Source of the DNA: an uncultured Actinomycetes bacterium
Lineage (GTDB): Bacteria; Actinomycetota; Thermoleophilia; Solirubrobacterales; Solirubrobacteraceae
Length of the DNA: 64,000 nucleotides
Direction of reading: 5' to 3'
NCBI GenBank assembly: GCA_963789015.1
Contig: CAWBIU010000001.1
Span: 1,203,989 to 1,267,988, forward strand
Both the position numbers and the translations under genes were made by a program. Below are positions 59,310 to 64,000 of the stretch, piece after piece; positions within the stretch are counted from its first letter, which is position 1; the number at the start of each line of letters is the position of its first letter. The notes beneath the pieces are model-generated. The model did not search any database. It had not been told where the DNA came from and was given only the letters and a program-made list of their open reading frames with translations.

Positions 59310-59341
59310 CGTACGTCGAAGTTAGCAGTACGCTGTACGAC
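59289..59341. promoter_or_regulatory. Cluster of GTAC-core palindromic half-sites between the divergent TetR and ABC genes
   Basis: ACGTACGT (59289-96), GTAGTAC, CGTACGT (59310-16), AGTACG and TGTACGA. ACGTACG / CGTACGT form a 7-bp inverted repeat with a 14-nt spacer. Confidence 0.45.
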
Positions 59342-60103
59342 GTGTCAACGCAGGGCGGTCCGCAGAAGAACAGGGACGTCCCGATCTGGGCACGCCCCGA
59401 GCCCGGCACGCGTCGTCCGCGCCACAGCCGCGAGCAGATCGCCGCGGCGGCGCTCGCTGTCGCCGACGCCGAGGGCATCGATGCGGTCTCCATGCGGCGT
59501 GTCGCCGCCGAGCTCGGGGCCGGGACGATGACGCTCTACCACTACGTCGACACGAAGGACGACCTGCTCGCGCTCATGGACGACGCGATCATGGGCGAGC
59601 TCCTCATCCCCACAGAGGAGCTGCCGGGGGACTGGCGCCCGGCGCTCGCCGCCATCGCGCGCCGCACGCGCGAGGTCTGGCGGCGCCACCCGTGGGCGAT
59701 CAACATGCACAGCGGCGAGGGCGGCCCGAACGGCATGCGCCACTTCGAGCAGTCGCTCGCCGCCGCGCGGTCGCTCGACCCCGACCCGGCCTTCCGGCTG
59801 GAGATCATCGCGATGCTCGACGACTACGTGTTCGGCTTCGCGTTGCGCGAGGGCGAGTTCGAGGAGGGCCGGGCCCAGGCCGACGAGCAGACGTGGGAGC
59901 GGGTGTCGGCCTACATCGACGAGCAGCTGCGCACGGGCGAGTTCCCGGAGCTCGAGGCTCTCGCCGCGGGCCGCGAACAGCGCGAGACGTGGGAGGAGCT
60001 GCTCGCCCAGTTCGCGGACGCGAGGCGGTTCGAGCGCGGCCTGGACCGCCTGCTCGACGGCGTCGAGCTCGAGCTGCGCCGGCGCCGGGGCGAGGCGGGC
60101 TAG
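59342..60103 (+). CDS. TetR-family transcriptional regulator
   Basis: GTG 59342 is preferred over the track start 59297, which would overlap the ABC gene. The HTH is IDAVSMRRVAAELGAGTMTLYHYV. Confidence 0.85.
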   Translation: MSTQGGPQKNRDVPIWARPEPGTRRPRHSREQIAAAALAVADAEGIDAVSMRRVAAELGAGTMTLYHYVDTKDDLLALMDDAIMGELLIPTEELPGDWRPALAAIARRTREVWRRHPWAINMHSGEGGPNGMRHFEQSLAAARSLDPDPAFRLEIIAMLDDYVFGFALREGEFEEGRAQADEQTWERVSAYIDEQLRTGEFPELEALAAGREQRETWEELLAQFADARRFERGLDRLLDGVELELRRRRGEAG

Positions 60104-60315
60104 CGCCTCTCGGGTCCGCTGGGCGCGCTGAAGCGCACGAGCTTGTGCGTGCCGTCGCAGAACGGGCGCGCGCGCGACTTCCCGCAGCGGCACAGGGCGA
60201 CGGTGCGGCGCCCGATCTCGATCTCGGCGCCGTCCTGGTCGGTGAGCCGGAACGGCCCGCGGACGAGCAGCGGCCCGTCGCGGTACGGCGTGATCGTCGT
60301 CTCCTCGGAGGCCAT
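60100..60315 (-). CDS. CDGSH iron-sulfur domain protein (71 aa)
   Basis: CRCGKSRARPFCDGTH fits C-X-C-X2-S-X3-P-X-C-D-G-T-H exactly. Only the last 71 codons of ORF 60100..60780 are called. Confidence 0.8.
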   Translation of the reverse strand: MASEETTITPYRDGPLLVRGPFRLTDQDGAEIEIGRRTVALCRCGKSRARPFCDGTHKLVRFSAPSGPERR

Positions 60316-60412
60316 GCGGCGACCGGCGTACCCGCCGTCGCCGGTTCGACACTCGCCCGCCCGCGCGTCGAACCGGTGTAGCCGCGTCGCGCGCGCGAGG
60401 TAAGGGTCCCGG

Positions 60413-61300
60413 ATGCTGCTCGAGGGTCGCAAGCTGCTCGTCACCGGCGTGCTCACGGAGAGCTCGATCGCCTTCGCCGTCGCGCGCCGCGCGCAGGAGG
60501 AGGGCGCCGAGATCGTGCTCACCGGGTTCGGCCGGGGGATGCGCATCACCCAGCGCGTCGCGCGCCGGCTGCCCGCCGAACCCGACGTGCTCGAGCTCGA
60601 CGTCAACGATCCCGCCCATCTCGAGGCGATCGCCGCCGAGATCGAGGGCCGCTGGGGCCGCCTCGACGGCCTCGTCCACGCGATCGCGTTCGTCCCGGGC
60701 GACGCGCTCGGCGGCAACTTCCTGACCGCGCCGAGCGAGTCGGCGCTCGCCGCCTTCCAGACGAGCGCGTTCTCGCTCAAGGCGCTGTCCGCCGCGATGC
60801 TGCCGCTGCTCGAGCGCGCCCAGGCGCCGGGCGGCGCGATCGTCGGGCTGGACTTCGACGCGCAGGTGGCCTGGCCCGCCTACGACTGGGCCGGCGTCTC
60901 GAAGGCCGCGCTCGAGGCGGTCAACCGCTACCTGGCGCGCGACCTCGGCCCGCGCGGCGTGCGCACGAACCTCGTCGCCGCCGGTCCGCTCAACACGGTC
61001 GCGGCGGGCAGCATCGACGGCTTCGACGTCCTCTCCGAGGCCTGGCAGCGTCAGGCGCCGCTCGGCTGGGACGCGCGCGACCCCGAGCCGGTCGCCGACG
61101 CCTGCCTGTACCTGCTGTCACCGTTCGCGCGGGCGATCACGGGCGAGATCCTGCACGTCGACGGCGGCTACCACGCGGTCGGCGCGCCGCCGGCGGAGGC
61201 CGTCGCTCAGGAGGCGGGTGCCGACGCGACCGGCGGCAGCACGCCGGCCTCCTCGGACGCCAAGGCCACCGAGGCCGCGACGTCGTCGGGCCGCGAGTAG
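60413..61300 (+). CDS. fabI: Enoyl-ACP reductase (NADH), FabI/InhA type
   Basis: LVTGV..SSIAF, YDWAGVSKAALE (Y/K catalytic pair) and HVDGGYH motifs. It has a Thr/Ala/Ser-rich C-terminal extension. Confidence 0.88.
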   Translation: MLLEGRKLLVTGVLTESSIAFAVARRAQEEGAEIVLTGFGRGMRITQRVARRLPAEPDVLELDVNDPAHLEAIAAEIEGRWGRLDGLVHAIAFVPGDALGGNFLTAPSESALAAFQTSAFSLKALSAAMLPLLERAQAPGGAIVGLDFDAQVAWPAYDWAGVSKAALEAVNRYLARDLGPRGVRTNLVAAGPLNTVAAGSIDGFDVLSEAWQRQAPLGWDARDPEPVADACLYLLSPFARAITGEILHVDGGYHAVGAPPAEAVAQEAGADATGGSTPASSDAKATEAATSSGRE

Positions 61301-61902
61301 ACCCCGCGCCACCACAGCTCGGCAAGGACGCGGATCGACTCGCTCGCGTCGCCGTGGCCGAGCACGAGCTCGCGCACGATGTGGTGCTCGACCATCGCCA
61401 GCAGCGCCTGCGAGGAGATCCGCGGCGAGATGTCCGCGGGCGCGATGCCATGCTCCTGGTCGCGCGCGATGCGCGCCTCGGCGCGCTGCGCGAAGCGCTT
61501 GATGTACGGCGCCCACTCGTCGGGCAGGTGCTCGCCGCGGGCGCCCGAGAGCTGGGCGGCGAGCAGCAGCACGCGGGCGTGGCGGTTGACCATCGCGACG
61601 ACGCGCGACAGCCCGGCGCGCAGCTCGCGGCGCGGGTCGCCGTCGCCGTCGAGGTACGGCGACGCGGCGACGTACATCTCGCTGAACGCGTGCTGGATGA
61701 GCCGGTCGACGACCGCGCGCTTGTTCGGGAAGTAGAAGTAGACCGCCGTCCGGCTGACGAAGGCCTTGCGCGCGATCGCGTCCATGGTCAGGGCGTCGAA
61801 GCCCTTCTCGGCCAGCGCCTCGCGCGCGGCCTCGAGGATCGCCTCCTCGGTCGCGTTGCGTGTCCTGACCGCCTTCGATGGTGGGGCGGCCGCGGATGTC
61901 AC
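61207..61902 (-). CDS. TetR-family transcriptional regulator
   Basis: GTG 61902 overlaps the upstream stop (GTGA). The HTH is LTMDAIARKAFVSRTAVYFYFPNK. Confidence 0.85.
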   Translation of the reverse strand: MTSAAAPPSKAVRTRNATEEAILEAAREALAEKGFDALTMDAIARKAFVSRTAVYFYFPNKRAVVDRLIQHAFSEMYVAASPYLDGDGDPRRELRAGLSRVVAMVNRHARVLLLAAQLSGARGEHLPDEWAPYIKRFAQRAEARIARDQEHGIAPADISPRISSQALLAMVEHHIVRELVLGHGDASESIRVLAELWWRGVYSRPDDVAASVALASEEAGVLPPVASAPAS

Positions 61903-63269
61903 CGACCGGCCTCCAGCGCGAAGGCGATCCGGTCGCGGGTCTCGGACGGCTCGATGATCTCGTCGACGAAGCCGGCCGACGCGGCGACCTGCACCGGGAG
62001 GTGCTCGGCGGCGTAGGTCTCGGCCAGCGCAGCCGGATCGGCGCCCGCCGCGATCTCGCGGCGGTTCATGATCTCCACGGCCTGGGGCGCGCCCATCACG
62101 CCGATCCTGGCGTTGGGCCAGGCGAGCGTGAGGTCGGCACCGAGATCGCGAGAGTTCATGACGATGTGTGCTCCACCATACGCCTGACGTAGGGTGACCG
62201 TTACGCGCGGGGTGGTCGCGACGCTGAACGCGCGCAGCAGCGAGGCGCCGTGGCGGATGACGCCGGCCTGCTCCTGGCTGACGCCCGGCAGGAAGCCCGG
62301 CGTGTCGACGAGCACGACGAGCGGGACGCCGAAGCGGTCGCACAGGTCGACGAACCAGGCGCCCTTCTGGGCGGCCTCGGCGTCGAGCGTGCCGCCGAGG
62401 TGGCGCGGCTGGTTGGCGATCACGCCGACCGGCGCGCCCTCGATGCGGGCGAGCCCGACGACGAGGTTGCGCGCCCAGCGCGGGCCGAGCTCGAGCAGCG
62501 CGCCGCCGTCGACGACGCGGGCGGCGACGTCGCGCACGTCGTAGACCTGGCGGTCGCGCTCGGGCAGGACGTCGGCCGGGCTGCCGGGCGCCGGGTCCTC
62601 CGGCGGGTGCAGCGGCAGCGGGCCGCCCTTCTTGGAGGGCAGGTGCGACAGCGCGGTGCGGACCAGCTCGGCGGCGTGCACGTCGCCGTCGGCGACGAGA
62701 TGGGCGACGCCGTTCTTGGAGTGGACCTTCGCGCCGCCGAGGTCGAGCGCGGTGACGCGCTCGCGGGTCACCTTCTCGACGACCGCCGGCCCGGTCAGGA
62801 ACATGCGCGCCTCGGGCCCGGCCATGACGGTCAGGTCGCCGAGCGCCGGCGAGTACGCCGCGCCGCCGGCGCACGGGCCGCCGATCACGCTGATCTGCGG
62901 GACCGTGGCGATCGACTGGGCGCGGAAGATCCGCGAGTAGGCGTGCAGCGCGCCGACGCCCTCCTGCAGGCGGGCGCCGCCCGAGTGCGGGAAGCCCACG
63001 ACGGGGACGCCGAGCGCGGACGCGCGGTCGATCGTGCGGGCGATCGTCTCGCCGCCGGCCTGGCCGAGCGAGCCGCCCTTGAAGCTGCCGTCCTGCGCCC
63101 ACGCGCACACGACGCGCCCGTTGACCCGGCCGCTGCCCGAAAGCACGCCGTCGCCGACCGCGGTGCGGACGGGCTTGAACGTGCCGGGGTCGAACAGCAG
63201 CTCGAGGCGGGCGCGCGCGACGGCGGCCTGCGGGCCACCTTCGCGGACGACGTCGAACACAGCGCTCAT
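61899..63269 (-). CDS. Acyl-CoA carboxylase carboxyltransferase (beta) subunit, short form
   Basis: 456 aa. GGSLGQAGGE, GGARLQEG, GPCAGGAAYSPAL, VDTPGFLPG and AYGGAH motifs of the Carboxyl_trans family. Confidence 0.88.
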   Translation of the reverse strand: MSAVFDVVREGGPQAAVARARLELLFDPGTFKPVRTAVGDGVLSGSGRVNGRVVCAWAQDGSFKGGSLGQAGGETIARTIDRASALGVPVVGFPHSGGARLQEGVGALHAYSRIFRAQSIATVPQISVIGGPCAGGAAYSPALGDLTVMAGPEARMFLTGPAVVEKVTRERVTALDLGGAKVHSKNGVAHLVADGDVHAAELVRTALSHLPSKKGGPLPLHPPEDPAPGSPADVLPERDRQVYDVRDVAARVVDGGALLELGPRWARNLVVGLARIEGAPVGVIANQPRHLGGTLDAEAAQKGAWFVDLCDRFGVPLVVLVDTPGFLPGVSQEQAGVIRHGASLLRAFSVATTPRVTVTLRQAYGGAHIVMNSRDLGADLTLAWPNARIGVMGAPQAVEIMNRREIAAGADPAALAETYAAEHLPVQVAASAGFVDEIIEPSETRDRIAFALEAGR

Positions 63270-63306
63270 GCGGTTCCTTCGGGAGTCGAGAGAGGTGATC
63301 GGGAGG

Positions 63307-64000
63307 TCATGCCTTGGCGATCGCCAGGCAGGCGTTCTGGCCGCCGAAGCCGAACGAGTTGGACAGGGCCATCTCCAGGCCGGGGGCCTCGCGCGGGCCC
63401 TCGGGGACGTAGTCCAGATCGCAGTCGGGATCCGGCTCCTGGTAGTTCAGGGTGGGCGGGAGCACGCCGCGGCGGATCGACTCGATGCACACGAGCGCCT
63501 CGACGGCGCCGGCCGCGCCGAGCAGGTGCCCGATGGCCGACTTCGTGGAGGAGACCGGCGGCGGGGTGTTCGATCCGTTGAACACCGACTTGATCGCCTG
63601 GGTCTCGATGCGGTCGTTGTACGGCGTGCCCGTGCCGTGGGCGTTGACGTAGCCGACGTCGCTCGGGCCGATGTCGGCGTCGGCCAGCGTGCCGTGCATC
63701 GCCTTGCGGGCGCCCGTGCCCTCGGGGTCGGGCTGGGTGATGTGGAACGCGTCGTTGGAGGCCGCGTAGCCGGCGATCCGGCCGTAGATGGTCGCGCCGC
63801 GGGCGCGTGCGTGGTCGGCGCGCTCGAGCACGAGCACGGCCGCGCCCTCGCCCATCACGAAGCCGTCGCGGCGGGCGTCGAACGGACGCGACACGCCCTC
63901 CCTGGAAAGCGCGCCCATGCGCCGGAAGGCGGCCAGGCAGACGCCGGTGAGCGCCGCCTCGGTGCCGCCGGCGAGGACCGCGTCGGCCTCGCCGCGGGCG
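63307..64000 (-). CDS. fabF: Beta-ketoacyl-ACP synthase II (FabF/KasA-like), C-terminal part; 5' end outside window
   Basis: The frame is open to the window edge. NAHGTGTP, SSTKSAIGHLLGAAG and NSFGFGGQN motifs. Confidence 0.9.
   Translation of the reverse strand, partial: ARGEADAVLAGGTEAALTGVCLAAFRRMGALSREGVSRPFDARRDGFVMGEGAAVLVLERADHARARGATIYGRIAGYAASNDAFHITQPDPEGTGARKAMHGTLADADIGPSDVGYVNAHGTGTPYNDRIETQAIKSVFNGSNTPPPVSSTKSAIGHLLGAAGAVEALVCIESIRRGVLPPTLNYQEPDPDCDLDYVPEGPREAPGLEMALSNSFGFGGQNACLAIAKA

Noticed and set aside
61180-61300. The fabI C-terminal extension and its 94-nt overlap with the TetR gene, considered as a functional overlapping-gene arrangement.
   Set aside because: The FabI fold ends near ...HVDGGYH. 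The Ala/Thr/Ser-rich tail is most simply read-through to the first available stop in GC-rich DNA. The true ends cannot be settled from sequence alone.

Overview
This is a very GC-rich, gene-dense chromosomal segment with about 75 protein-coding genes. I found no rRNA, tRNA, CRISPR array, transposase, integrase or phage gene. The protein repertoire looks actinobacterial, possibly Thermoleophilia-like, but that is inference only.

Content from left to right:
- A housekeeping and stress mix: LysR regulator, PPOX, VOC proteins, dapB.
- A BNR-4 protein and a secreted protein.
- An OmpR/histidine-kinase pair followed by an orphan family-5 solute-binding protein.
- A CtaG-like assembly factor, an APH-like kinase, a secreted GH-A-like hydrolase and SixA.
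- A tightly coupled operon of a UDG-superfamily protein, an amidohydrolase and an S41 peptidase.
- A CoADR/Nox-type flavoprotein, a stand-alone HD-GYP protein, Fpg and an EamA transporter.
- About 1.7 kb of decayed, fragmentary sequence, then bcp.
- A HipA-like kinase / DUF3037 / methyltransferase operon with a divergent DUF1835 gene.
- A YciI plus ECF-type sigma factor pair.
- The acetate module actP-DUF485 / acs, then ppnK and a cluster of VOC paralogs.
- A large PHB-cycle neighbourhood: phaB, class-III phaC with a small partner, a PhaZ-like hydrolase, bdhA, a phasin-like gene, an acyl-CoA synthetase and hbd.
- A cluster of a GCS2 ligase, a heme-oxygenase-like iron enzyme and methyltransferases.
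- A TetR-controlled ABC-2 (DrrAB-like) exporter and a CDGSH protein.
- The start of a fatty-acid synthesis block: fabI, TetR, a carboxyltransferase and fabF.

The most conspicuous sequence-level anomaly is a set of at least 13 reading-frame breaks in otherwise conserved genes. All have the same sign (one extra base). They hit ppnK and acs, which suggests insertion-type consensus errors rather than decay.

I see no canonical defence or mobile system. The best candidates for undescribed biology are the three tightly coupled operons of uncharacterised composition: 13.7-17.6 kb, 24.3-27.2 kb and 52.8-56.5 kb. Many very long ORFs in the track are GC-driven antisense artefacts and were not called.
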